This document shows, piece after piece, positions 26,484-34,254 of a stretch of DNA of 61,531 bases. The stretch spans positions 1-61,531 of the forward strand of contig JACQIX010000019.1 of NCBI GenBank assembly GCA_016198275.1. The letters run 5' to 3'. Under the pieces are notes generated by a model. That model made no database searches. It was not told where the DNA came from and saw only the letters and a program-made list of their open reading frames with translations. Each line of letters opens with the position of its first letter. The stretch's first letter is position 1. Origin of the DNA: Candidatus Daviesbacteria bacterium. GTDB lineage: Bacteria; Patescibacteriota; Microgenomatia; Daviesbacterales; UBA10151. Both the position numbers and the translations under genes were made by a program.

Positions 26484-27746
26484 ATGTTTAAAAAAACTAT
26501 CAGCGGAATAAAGACTGTCTTTGGCGACAGTTCATCATGGAAAGTTGCCGTAGTTGCAGGCGCAATTCTCTCTTATCTCTATTACTGGCTTCTTTCCCAA
26601 GTTACAACTATACCTCAATTTTTCTCCATGGCTCAAAATGGCGAATTTGGCCAGCATAGCATTCTTTATGCATTTCTTTATTGGACAACAACCTTAACTA
26701 CAATCGTTTTTTTTGGAATATCAGTGGCAGTCCTCGCATGGCTCTGGCGCCATTCAAAGCTACAACGGCTCGCCGTAGGTGGGTCAAATGCACTGGGTGT
26801 ATTTGCCGGAGCACTCGGATCATCCTGTCCGGTATGTGGAGCGTTCCTCCTAAATGCAATTGGAGTTACGGGCGGAGTCGCTACGATGCCCTTTCAAGGA
26901 TTGGAACTCAAGTTTGCTAGCTTGGGGCTCATGGTAGGGTCTACATTCTTTGCTTCCCGAAAAGTAAACGAGGCAGAAGAATGTGTGGAATGCGAGGATA
27001 TTTCTGAACACAAAGTTTCCGATAGTAAGTCATATAAGAAAGTTATTGTTCTTCCGCTCGAGAAAGTTTTTGTCTCAATCCTTATTGGCTTGTTTATTGT
27101 TAATCAAATTCTAATAAGCCAAGTGGCGGCGATCACTGGCTTGCCATCTGGAGGAATCGGGAGATTACTCGGTATTAGAACGGCATCAGCTATGACCATT
27201 ATTGCTCCCAAACTCAATCCAGATGGGAGAACCACTACTCTTGTTGAACAACCAACCATTACCGAGGTTTCTGCTAATCCTAACACCGGGGACGCCCTGG
27301 CTGATGCTAAGGTGGTCATGATTGCCACTGGTAAACCCTTTTATGCCCCCGATGACGTCTCTTTTGATGATCCGATTAACGCGCAAAAAAAATGGGGCGC
27401 ATTTGAGCAGTCAATTAAACTTTCGGGAGCCGAGGAAACACGGTATCAAAAACTCATAAGTACCATGGTTTGCAGTTACTGCTGTGGTGGTCCAACAAGT
27501 GTTACGCTCAATAAAAATTGCGGGTGCGCCCATGCTAAAGCAGTGCGGGGTTTTTACAAGTATATGATCCAAAATTACGGCGATCAGTATTCCGATGATC
27601 AACTTATCGGTGAATCTCACCGTTGGTATGCCATCTGGTATCCCAAGGGGATGCTGGAAGACTATTTATTAGCCACAGGTAAATCTGACGCACTTCCTCA
27701 TCAGACTCACGGAGGGGCGGGGGCTGATGGAAGGCATGGATTATGA
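26484..27746 (+). CDS. Cys-rich membrane protein: 4-TM module with an intramembrane CPVC plus a soluble domain carrying a CSYCCGG...CGCAH cluster (PCYCGC-like)
   Basis: 420 aa. GALGSSCPVCGAFLL lies in a TM segment, and the C-terminal domain has MVCSYCCGGPTSVTLNKNCGCAHA. Resemblance to the PCYCGC-motif family is from memory only. Confidence 0.5.
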   Translation: MFKKTISGIKTVFGDSSSWKVAVVAGAILSYLYYWLLSQVTTIPQFFSMAQNGEFGQHSILYAFLYWTTTLTTIVFFGISVAVLAWLWRHSKLQRLAVGGSNALGVFAGALGSSCPVCGAFLLNAIGVTGGVATMPFQGLELKFASLGLMVGSTFFASRKVNEAEECVECEDISEHKVSDSKSYKKVIVLPLEKVFVSILIGLFIVNQILISQVAAITGLPSGGIGRLLGIRTASAMTIIAPKLNPDGRTTTLVEQPTITEVSANPNTGDALADAKVVMIATGKPFYAPDDVSFDDPINAQKKWGAFEQSIKLSGAEETRYQKLISTMVCSYCCGGPTSVTLNKNCGCAHAKAVRGFYKYMIQNYGDQYSDDQLIGESHRWYAIWYPKGMLEDYLLATGKSDALPHQTHGGAGADGRHGL

Positions 27747-28180
27747 GCTTATTATCAGGTACGAAAACACGGATAGGCAGCCTTGTAAGTTCTTTGACGT
27801 CCGTACTTGGGATTGGCAGTAGCAGCACTTCAGTCGTGTGTCAAACAACCTGCTCAACATCTTCGAGTGTTTTGCCGTTTTTGGGTTTATCCTTAGCCGC
27901 TACGCCATTTGCCTTCATCCAAGACTATCAGCTATATATTTGGTGGTTGGCATTTTCTCTTTTTGTTTTGACTCTATGGGTTTCTTCAAAGAGAAATTTT
28001 TCTTCAAAATTTGAACAAGGACTTCTTTTTGTAAATGCAGGGCTTTTGGCAATAGGGTTGCCTTATCTGCGTAATTCGCAAGCGTTTGTTCTTATTGTCG
28101 GGTTGGGAATTGTTCTTTTAGTATTAGGGATATTTCAAGCGATTAGAGCTAAAAAGTTTGTTCTTGAATTTACGAAGTAA
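27743..28180 (+). CDS. Small polytopic membrane protein with a CxxxC pair
   Basis: 145 aa. The start overlaps the previous stop (ATGA). VVCQTTCSTSSSVLPFLGLS is followed by QDYQLYIWW, a pattern shared with 26484 and 43223. Confidence 0.45.
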   Translation: MSLLSGTKTRIGSLVSSLTSVLGIGSSSTSVVCQTTCSTSSSVLPFLGLSLAATPFAFIQDYQLYIWWLAFSLFVLTLWVSSKRNFSSKFEQGLLFVNAGLLAIGLPYLRNSQAFVLIVGLGIVLLVLGIFQAIRAKKFVLEFTK

Positions 28181-28181
28181 T

Positions 28182-28895
28182 ATGAAACAGAGTAAACGAT
28201 CAGAGTTAAAGATTTCAGCATGGGATTTTACAATTCCCGGCTTTGTTGTGCATCCGGCGTTCCACTTGCCTAAATATTCACTTGCCACATATCTGTTTAT
28301 TATTATCATCGCAGGATTTCTTATTAACCAAACTCTCCTCATGAAAGTTAATTCAAATGCCGTAAATCAGAAAAGTCAGGTGGAACTTACAGCTTCTCCC
28401 CCCCCATCGCTTTCAGCATTTGATCAAAATATCATAGCTAAATTGAAAAATGAAGGTAAACCTTATCCAATATTAGGTACAGCTCATAACCATGCCGATA
28501 TGAAAGTCTTTATGAATGGACAACCGTTTAATTTTGCAAAGCCAGAGTATTACATGAAGAGCAGGCTTCTTCATGTAGATAATAATCAAAACCTCGAGGA
28601 TGCAGGCTCGGTCCTGCACATGCATGCCAAAGATGTACCGATGTGGTTGTTCTTTGAAAGTCTGGGTATGAAGCTAGGGAAAGACAGTTTGACACTCGCC
28701 GATGGCCAGATTTTAAGGAACGAGAATGGTAATACCTTGAAGTTTTTCCTCAACGGGAAAAAGGTTGGCGAGTTGGAAAACTATGTTTTTCAGCCACTGG
28801 ATAAATTACTTATCAGTTTTGGTCCGGAGAATGATCCGGATATTCAAAAGCAAACAGATTCTGTACCAAATTTTGCAAAGGGTCACCAGAAGTAA
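28182..28895 (+). CDS. Membrane-anchored hypothetical protein with His-rich patches
   Basis: 237 aa from the ATG at 28182. The track TTG start at 28158 overlaps the upstream gene. It has a TM anchor, then GTAHNHADMKVF... and VLHMHAKD. Confidence 0.45.
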   Translation: MKQSKRSELKISAWDFTIPGFVVHPAFHLPKYSLATYLFIIIIAGFLINQTLLMKVNSNAVNQKSQVELTASPPPSLSAFDQNIIAKLKNEGKPYPILGTAHNHADMKVFMNGQPFNFAKPEYYMKSRLLHVDNNQNLEDAGSVLHMHAKDVPMWLFFESLGMKLGKDSLTLADGQILRNENGNTLKFFLNGKKVGELENYVFQPLDKLLISFGPENDPDIQKQTDSVPNFAKGHQK

Positions 28896-28896
28896 T

Positions 28897-29457
28897 ATGA
28901 GCAAACATAATGTTGTTATTGATGTTTCGACTGAACGGAAAGTCTTTATCGGCATTGGACTACTAACATTACTGATTTTAGTAGGAGGGGTATGGTTGAT
29001 GAGCGCTTCAGGTAAAAAACAACAAGAAAAGTTAAGTAAGCCGCTCATGGGAGAAGAAATTACCAGTCAAGGAGAGCCTCATGTTAAAAGAGGAGAATCG
29101 CATCCTTCATATAACTCCAATCCTCCGACCTCCGGTTGGCATTGGGGCGATGGCACTGCCGGACCAGGGATTAAAGACCAGCCGGTTCCCGATGAACTGG
29201 TACTCCATAGTATGGAGCATGGTGCAGCAGTCATCTGGTATAAATCTGACATGTCAAAGGAAGATGTAGAAAAGATTACCAAAGCATTTAATGATGCTTC
29301 CGGTAAGAAAATCATGGTACCGCGTCAGAATTTGGATACACCGATTGCGTTAACATCTTGGGGGCGTTTACTTAAGCTTCAATCAATTGATGAGGGAAAA
29401 ATTAAGGAGTTTATTTCAACCAATGAAGATCGGGGGCCTGAAAAGGCCGCAATATGA
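28897..29457 (+). CDS. Membrane-anchored DUF3105-like protein
   Basis: 186 aa from the ATG at 28897, 1 nt after the previous stop. NSNPPTSGWHW...LVLHSMEHGAAVIWY...LTSWGRLL fits the DUF3105 pattern as I recall it. Confidence 0.5.
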   Translation: MSKHNVVIDVSTERKVFIGIGLLTLLILVGGVWLMSASGKKQQEKLSKPLMGEEITSQGEPHVKRGESHPSYNSNPPTSGWHWGDGTAGPGIKDQPVPDELVLHSMEHGAAVIWYKSDMSKEDVEKITKAFNDASGKKIMVPRQNLDTPIALTSWGRLLKLQSIDEGKIKEFISTNEDRGPEKAAI

Positions 29458-29460
29458 TTT

Positions 29461-30138
29461 ATGAATCAAATATTAATGTCTTTTGCTTTTCTAGCTGGAC
29501 TGCAGGCATTTTTTGCGCCATGTAGCATTGCTTTAATTCCGGCGTACGTCGGATACTATGTCCGTGAACGTGCTGATAGTCACAGTAAGCTGCAAGAGTT
29601 ATTTTTTGGACTAAAAGCAGGAATTTTTTCAAGTCTGGGTCTTTTAAGCGTATATTCCGTTTTCGGAATACTCTTTGCACTTTTAGGGAAAGTTTTAGCT
29701 CCTTTCATGTCCTGGATTGAGCTTACAACCGGTGGTATTCTCTTGTTCTTGGGTGCATCGACGCTTTTGGGGTATGAGTTTGCTATCCGGCCTCCTGTTG
29801 TTATTCAGGTCAAGTCGGATGGAGTGAGAAGGTTTTATTTTTTTGGTCTAGCATATGCTTTGGGGGCGATAGGCTGTACCCTTCCTATTTTTCTGCTGGT
29901 TATATTTCAAGCACTTGCTCAAACAGGGTTTATGGGAGGTATAGCCACTTTTTTGATTTATAGCCTTGCCATGGTTCTTCTGATGCTTGCTTTTTCCCTT
30001 GTGGCTGCTGTTTCCAAAACAGCCATCTCTCGTTTTATGAATCGCTATATTAATGCTATCCAAAAGAGTGCGGGAATGCTGATTCTCTTCGCTGGAATAT
30101 ATTTAGTTTATCTAAGTTTAAAAATAATAACCATATGA
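29461..30138 (+). CDS. CcdA/DsbD-family transmembrane thiol:disulfide electron transporter
   Basis: 225 aa with 6 TM helices. The conserved Cys lies in FFAPCSIALIPAYVGY, with a second Cys in GAIGCTLPIF. Confidence 0.8.
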   Translation: MNQILMSFAFLAGLQAFFAPCSIALIPAYVGYYVRERADSHSKLQELFFGLKAGIFSSLGLLSVYSVFGILFALLGKVLAPFMSWIELTTGGILLFLGASTLLGYEFAIRPPVVIQVKSDGVRRFYFFGLAYALGAIGCTLPIFLLVIFQALAQTGFMGGIATFLIYSLAMVLLMLAFSLVAAVSKTAISRFMNRYINAIQKSAGMLILFAGIYLVYLSLKIITI

Positions 30139-30764
30139 AGCGACCTGTGATTGTTTGGCACGATCAGCCACTATTTAAAAAAACACCTTTTGCACTCGTT
30201 GTTGTAGTTGTTTTATTTGTCGGTTTTAATGTCTACCTTAATCTAAAGATTAAAAATACAAATGAAGAACTGAAGCAAATTGAGTCTGCAGCTTCCGCTC
30301 CGAGGAGCGTACCAGCAGAGTTTACCAAACGGATTGAACTTGGAGAAAAAGGCTGTCCTATGGCGAAAGCGGGTAATCCTAACGCTCCTGTAAAGTTTAA
30401 ACTCTTCGAATCTCCAACGTGTCCCTTTTGTATTGCTCAGGATAAGGTTATCTCTGAAATATTACCTCAGTATGGAGATCTGTTTTATGGAGAGTGGTAT
30501 CAGGTTACAGACTGCGTTAAAGAATCAGAGCAATATGGTATATCTGGTGTACCAACGTTTGTCTTTAGTGCCAAGGGTTCTGAAAAGGCACCAGCATACG
30601 GATTTTTAGATAAACAACAACTCATCGATTATATATGCCGAGTTTCAGGTGAATGCACGTCACCTAAAGAATCTCAGACAAAAACTTTATCACCTGTCCT
30701 TGCAACCTCCCAATTTGTATGTAAACCAAGAGAGACTTATACGTATGAACTAACTAAAAAGTGA
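30135..30764 (+). CDS. Membrane-anchored thioredoxin-fold (DsbA/TlpA-like) oxidoreductase
   Basis: 209 aa. It has a TM anchor, CxxC in ESPTCPFCIAQD, and a GVPTFVF cis-Pro loop. The start overlaps the CcdA stop (ATGA). Confidence 0.7.
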   Translation: MKRPVIVWHDQPLFKKTPFALVVVVVLFVGFNVYLNLKIKNTNEELKQIESAASAPRSVPAEFTKRIELGEKGCPMAKAGNPNAPVKFKLFESPTCPFCIAQDKVISEILPQYGDLFYGEWYQVTDCVKESEQYGISGVPTFVFSAKGSEKAPAYGFLDKQQLIDYICRVSGECTSPKESQTKTLSPVLATSQFVCKPRETYTYELTKK

Positions 30765-30774
30765 ATATGAGTTA

Positions 30775-30813
30775 AAATTCTTAATGAAATCCTCATGAAT
30801 AATCGGTTAAAAT
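30775..30813 (+). promoter_or_regulatory. Promoter A with tandem 11-bp response-regulator boxes (multicopper oxidase operon)
   Basis: AAATTCTTAAT and GAAATCCTCAT (30775-30796), an 11-nt gap, -10 TAAAAT (30808-30813), then 8 nt to the GTG at 30822. Confidence 0.5.
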
Positions 30814-30821
30814 GAAAATCT

Positions 30822-32408
30822 GTGAATAAAACGTACTTAATAATATTGCTTGTAGTTGTAGTTCTCAGTGGAGTTTTTCTTTTTTCAAGACAACAATCAA
30901 ACACACCTCAAAAAGGAGAATTCTCTACTGCAGTTAATCAGGCAAGTAGCCCGAAACAACAAGAAACTGTGAATCTTAAAGATGGTGATACATATAACTT
31001 AACCGCCAGTGTAGTTAAAAAATCCATCAATGGCCAAGAGATGAAAATGCTTGCCTACAACGGCTCAATCCCTGGTCCCCTCATCAAAGTTCCTCAAGGA
31101 GCACAAATCACTCTCAAGTTTACAAACAATGCTGATGTTGACTCAACCATCCATTCGCATGGAGTCAGAGTCGATAACAAATTTGACGGGGTTCCTGATA
31201 TAACTCAGGATCCGGTAAAGCCGGGCCAATCATTCACCTATACTCTTAAATTCCCTGATGCCGGTGTGTATTGGTATCACCCACATATTCGAGAAGATTA
31301 TGCTCAAGAATTGGGATTATACGGAAATTTTTTGGTCACACCGAGCACTCCTGATTATTGGGCTGAGGTCGATCGCGAAGAAGCACTTTTTTTGGATGAC
31401 ATCCTTATTGAAAATGGGCAAATCGCCAAATTTGACAAGTCAGTTGTGGATCACACACTTATGGGGCGGTTTGGCAACACAATGTTGGTTAACGGAGATG
31501 ATAAATATAAGTTATCGGTCAAGCAAGGAGAGAGAGTGCGATTTTATGTTACAAACGCTGCTAATACAAGAACATTTAATTTTGCTATTCCTAATACTCG
31601 TATGAAGCTGGTTGGCAGTGACAACGGAAAATATGAGCAAGAGGAATGGATTGGTTCGGTTACCATTGGTCCATCAGAGCGGCAGATCATAGAAATTTGG
31701 TTTGACAAAAATGGACAGTATCAGATTGTCAACCAAACTTCTGATAAAACATACACTTTAGGAACTATTGCAGTACAGCAAAATCCCGTTACTACCTCAT
31801 ATTTTTTAGTCCCGCGTGTAAATCAGGATTACATTGATTCTCTTGCCAGCTTGCGGCCACAATTTGATAAACCGGTAGATAAAAGCCTAAAGCTTACATT
31901 ACAAATGGGACCATCAAATACTAGTACAAATAACAACAGCTCAATGGGTGGGCACATGATGGGTAATGATCAAATGATGGAAAATACTCAAATGACTATG
32001 GGAGATATCCAAAAAATAGAATGGGAAGACGATATGGGGATGATGAATGCCCAGTCAACCAAAGATTCACTTAAGTGGAAGCTGGTTGATATAGCAACCA
32101 ATAAAGAGAATATGGACATCGGCTGGCAGTTCAAAAAAGGTGATGTCGTTAAGATGAAGATTTTCAACGACGATAAATCCATGCATCCCATGCAACACCC
32201 GATCCATATTCATGGGCAAAGGTTTTTAGTGCTTTCGACCAATGGTGTTAAAAACAATAACCTTGTCTGGAAAGATACTACTCTCATTCAAACCGGAGAT
32301 ACAGTAGAACTCCTGGTACAAATGGATAATCCAGGAGACTGGGTAATTCACTGCCACATTCCGGAGCACATGGAAGCCGGAATGATGAGCGAATTCAAGG
32401 TAATTTAA
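30822..32408 (+). CDS. Multicopper oxidase (CueO/CopA-like) with a Met-rich insert
   Basis: 528 aa with a signal/TM anchor. The copper ligand motifs are HSHG, WYHPH, HPIHIHG and HCHIPEHMEAGMM. The Met-rich segment is MGGHMMGNDQMMENTQMTMG...DMGMM. Confidence 0.9.
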   Translation: MNKTYLIILLVVVVLSGVFLFSRQQSNTPQKGEFSTAVNQASSPKQQETVNLKDGDTYNLTASVVKKSINGQEMKMLAYNGSIPGPLIKVPQGAQITLKFTNNADVDSTIHSHGVRVDNKFDGVPDITQDPVKPGQSFTYTLKFPDAGVYWYHPHIREDYAQELGLYGNFLVTPSTPDYWAEVDREEALFLDDILIENGQIAKFDKSVVDHTLMGRFGNTMLVNGDDKYKLSVKQGERVRFYVTNAANTRTFNFAIPNTRMKLVGSDNGKYEQEEWIGSVTIGPSERQIIEIWFDKNGQYQIVNQTSDKTYTLGTIAVQQNPVTTSYFLVPRVNQDYIDSLASLRPQFDKPVDKSLKLTLQMGPSNTSTNNNSSMGGHMMGNDQMMENTQMTMGDIQKIEWEDDMGMMNAQSTKDSLKWKLVDIATNKENMDIGWQFKKGDVVKMKIFNDDKSMHPMQHPIHIHGQRFLVLSTNGVKNNNLVWKDTTLIQTGDTVELLVQMDNPGDWVIHCHIPEHMEAGMMSEFKVI

Positions 32409-32411
32409 TGA

Positions 32412-33377
32412 ATGAAAAAGCATGCCAAAACATTACTTCTTTTATGTGTTATAGGGATAATTGTTGTGGCTGTCTTCTTGCAATGCACAAAACCCAATAA
32501 CAATAGTACTTCTCCAAACACAGCTCCAACAAATATTCAGGGGGAAAATAATAGTTCATCCTTCATCGAGAGTTTACGCAGTAGAGACTATGAACCGAGC
32601 CAAATCACTATTGAAAGTACTCTTTCTAATAATGGAGCCTATACGGGCTATCTGATTTCCTATATTTCAGACGGTCTGAAAATTTACGGCAGGATGAATG
32701 TGCCAACTAGAAATGGACTATTCCCTGTCATTATTCTCAACCATGGATACTTTAATCAATCATCTTTCACCAGTGGTGATGGTACGCAGACCATGGCTGA
32801 TATTTTAGCTAGAAATGGCTATCTGACTCTGGCTTCGGACTATCGAGGGTTTGGTAAATCAGAAATTGATACCCAAGGATCACGCGGGCATAATCCTAAT
32901 TATGCTATTGATATTTTAAATCTAATTGCTTCTGTTACTAGCTTGGATAAGGCGGACCTAAATAGAATCGGTATGTGGGGGCATAGTATGGGTGGTGAAG
33001 TGGCCATCCGAACAGCTGAGGCAACAGACAAAATAAAAGCAGTTGTTTTGTGGGCACCAACAAGTACGAAAGCATCGGAAAACGCTGCGTTTTATGGAAG
33101 AGGCAGACGTACTTCACCTTTACCCAGTCAAGGTACTGAAAGCGCTTACTCGAATAATGACATCGGCTATATAACTGCTCCCATAAGTCTGCATCAAGGG
33201 CTGTCTGATACTGAAGTCGATCCAGAGTGGTCAAAAGATTTGGATGAAGCCTTACAAAAGGAAGGTAAATCTGTTGAGTATTTCGAATACCCAGGTCAAG
33301 ATCATAACTTCAGGAATCTTGGCTGGGAGGTTATATCAAAAAGAACTATTGAATTTTTCGATAAGTATTTGAAATAA
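32412..33377 (+). CDS. Secreted/anchored alpha/beta hydrolase (S9 / dienelactone-hydrolase-like)
   Basis: 321 aa. It has a nucleophile elbow GMWGHSMGG and C-terminal D...H (GLSDTEV, GQDHNF). Confidence 0.7.
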   Translation: MKKHAKTLLLLCVIGIIVVAVFLQCTKPNNNSTSPNTAPTNIQGENNSSSFIESLRSRDYEPSQITIESTLSNNGAYTGYLISYISDGLKIYGRMNVPTRNGLFPVIILNHGYFNQSSFTSGDGTQTMADILARNGYLTLASDYRGFGKSEIDTQGSRGHNPNYAIDILNLIASVTSLDKADLNRIGMWGHSMGGEVAIRTAEATDKIKAVVLWAPTSTKASENAAFYGRGRRTSPLPSQGTESAYSNNDIGYITAPISLHQGLSDTEVDPEWSKDLDEALQKEGKSVEYFEYPGQDHNFRNLGWEVISKRTIEFFDKYLK

Positions 33378-33401
33378 ACAAAGAAAAGAGGTGATGAAAT
33401 T

Positions 33402-33524
33402 ATGGAGGAAAAGAAACAAAAATACACATGTCCTATGCACCCCGAAGTAAAGTCTGACAAGCCGGGAAGTTGTCCAAAGTGTGGAATGGATTTAGTGCTA
33501 GAAGAAAATAAAGATGAGAAATAG
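33402..33524 (+). CDS. Unlisted 40-aa stand-alone heavy-metal-binding zinc-ribbon (HMBD-type) mini-protein
   Basis: It reads MEEKKQKYTCPMHPEVKSDKPGSCPKCGMDLVLEENKDEK and has an SD (AGAGGTGA) 7 nt upstream. The same YTCPMHPEV...KPGSCPKCGM motif forms the N-terminus of the P1B ATPase at 40980. Confidence 0.6.
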   Translation: MEEKKQKYTCPMHPEVKSDKPGSCPKCGMDLVLEENKDEK

Positions 33525-33535
33525 GTGTACAAAAT

Positions 33536-33573
33536 AAAATCTTAATAAAATCCTCATCTTTTTAAGTTATAAT
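33536..33573 (+). promoter_or_regulatory. Promoter B with tandem 11-bp boxes (autoregulated two-component operon)
   Basis: AAAATCTTAAT and AAAATCCTCAT (33536-33557), a 10-nt gap, -10 TATAAT (33568-33573), then 6 nt to the ATG at 33580. Confidence 0.55.
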
Positions 33574-33579
33574 ACGGGT

Positions 33580-34254
33580 ATGAGAATATTGCTGATTGAG
33601 GATGAACGTCGTCTTTCTAGTGTCGTTAAAAAGGGACTTACGGAGGAAGGGTTTGCCGTAGACACGGCCTTTGATGGTGAGGAAGGTCAATATCTGGCTG
33701 AATCTGAGAACTACGACCTCATAATCCTTGACATCATGCTTCCCAAGGTTGACGGACTGACTGTTTGTAAAGAACTTCGCGCCAAAAACATTAAAACCCC
33801 AATTCTTATGCTTACAGCTAAAACGACGGTTGAAGACAAGGCAGCGGGTTTAGATAGCGGTGCTGACGATTATCTGGCTAAACCATTTGCTTTTCTGGAG
33901 CTGAGATCACGCATTCACGCTCTTATTAGAAGAAGCAAACAAGATCCCTCTCCAACTCTCACCATTGCCGATTTAGTGCTCGACCCGATTAGACATAAAG
34001 TCACTCGTGATGGAAAAGACATTAGTCTTACTCCAAAAGAATTTTCGGTGCTGGAAATCCTGCTTCGTCATAAAGATGAGGTTGTCACGAGAACCATGAT
34101 TATCGAGCATGTTTGGGATTATAACTTTGATAGTATGAGCAATGTTGTTGATGTGTTTATTGCCCAACTCCGGCGAAAAGTTGACAAGGGAGCGAAGATT
34201 CAACTCATTCATACTCTGCATGGAGTGGGATATAGGGTAAGTAAGGGAATATGA
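33580..34254 (+). CDS. OmpR/PhoB-family response regulator (CopR/CusR-like)
   Basis: 224 aa. The receiver has DLIILDIMLPKVDG, and the winged-helix output has LTPKEFSVLEILL...VDVFIAQLRRKV...IHTLHGVGYRV. Confidence 0.9.
   Translation: MRILLIEDERRLSSVVKKGLTEEGFAVDTAFDGEEGQYLAESENYDLIILDIMLPKVDGLTVCKELRAKNIKTPILMLTAKTTVEDKAAGLDSGADDYLAKPFAFLELRSRIHALIRRSKQDPSPTLTIADLVLDPIRHKVTRDGKDISLTPKEFSVLEILLRHKDEVVTRTMIIEHVWDYNFDSMSNVVDVFIAQLRRKVDKGAKIQLIHTLHGVGYRVSKGI

Noticed and set aside
28158-28181. Upstream alternative starts given by the ORF track (28158 TTG, 28765, 36463, 38024 TTG, 38670, 40444, 44595 GTG, 45724 TTG, 55847)
   Set aside because: Each would overlap the preceding gene or a predicted promoter or operator. 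In each case a downstream ATG or GTG has a proper SD, an ATGA coupling or the leaderless spacing.
31258-31605. 115-aa alternative-frame ORF inside the multicopper oxidase
   Set aside because: It is on the same strand but out of frame with a gene that carries all four copper-ligand motifs.
33302-33532. 76-aa minus-strand ORF in the hydrolase/regulator intergenic region
   Set aside because: The plus strand here encodes the SD-led 40-aa HMBD peptide, whose motif is duplicated in the ATPase. The minus-strand product is low-complexity.
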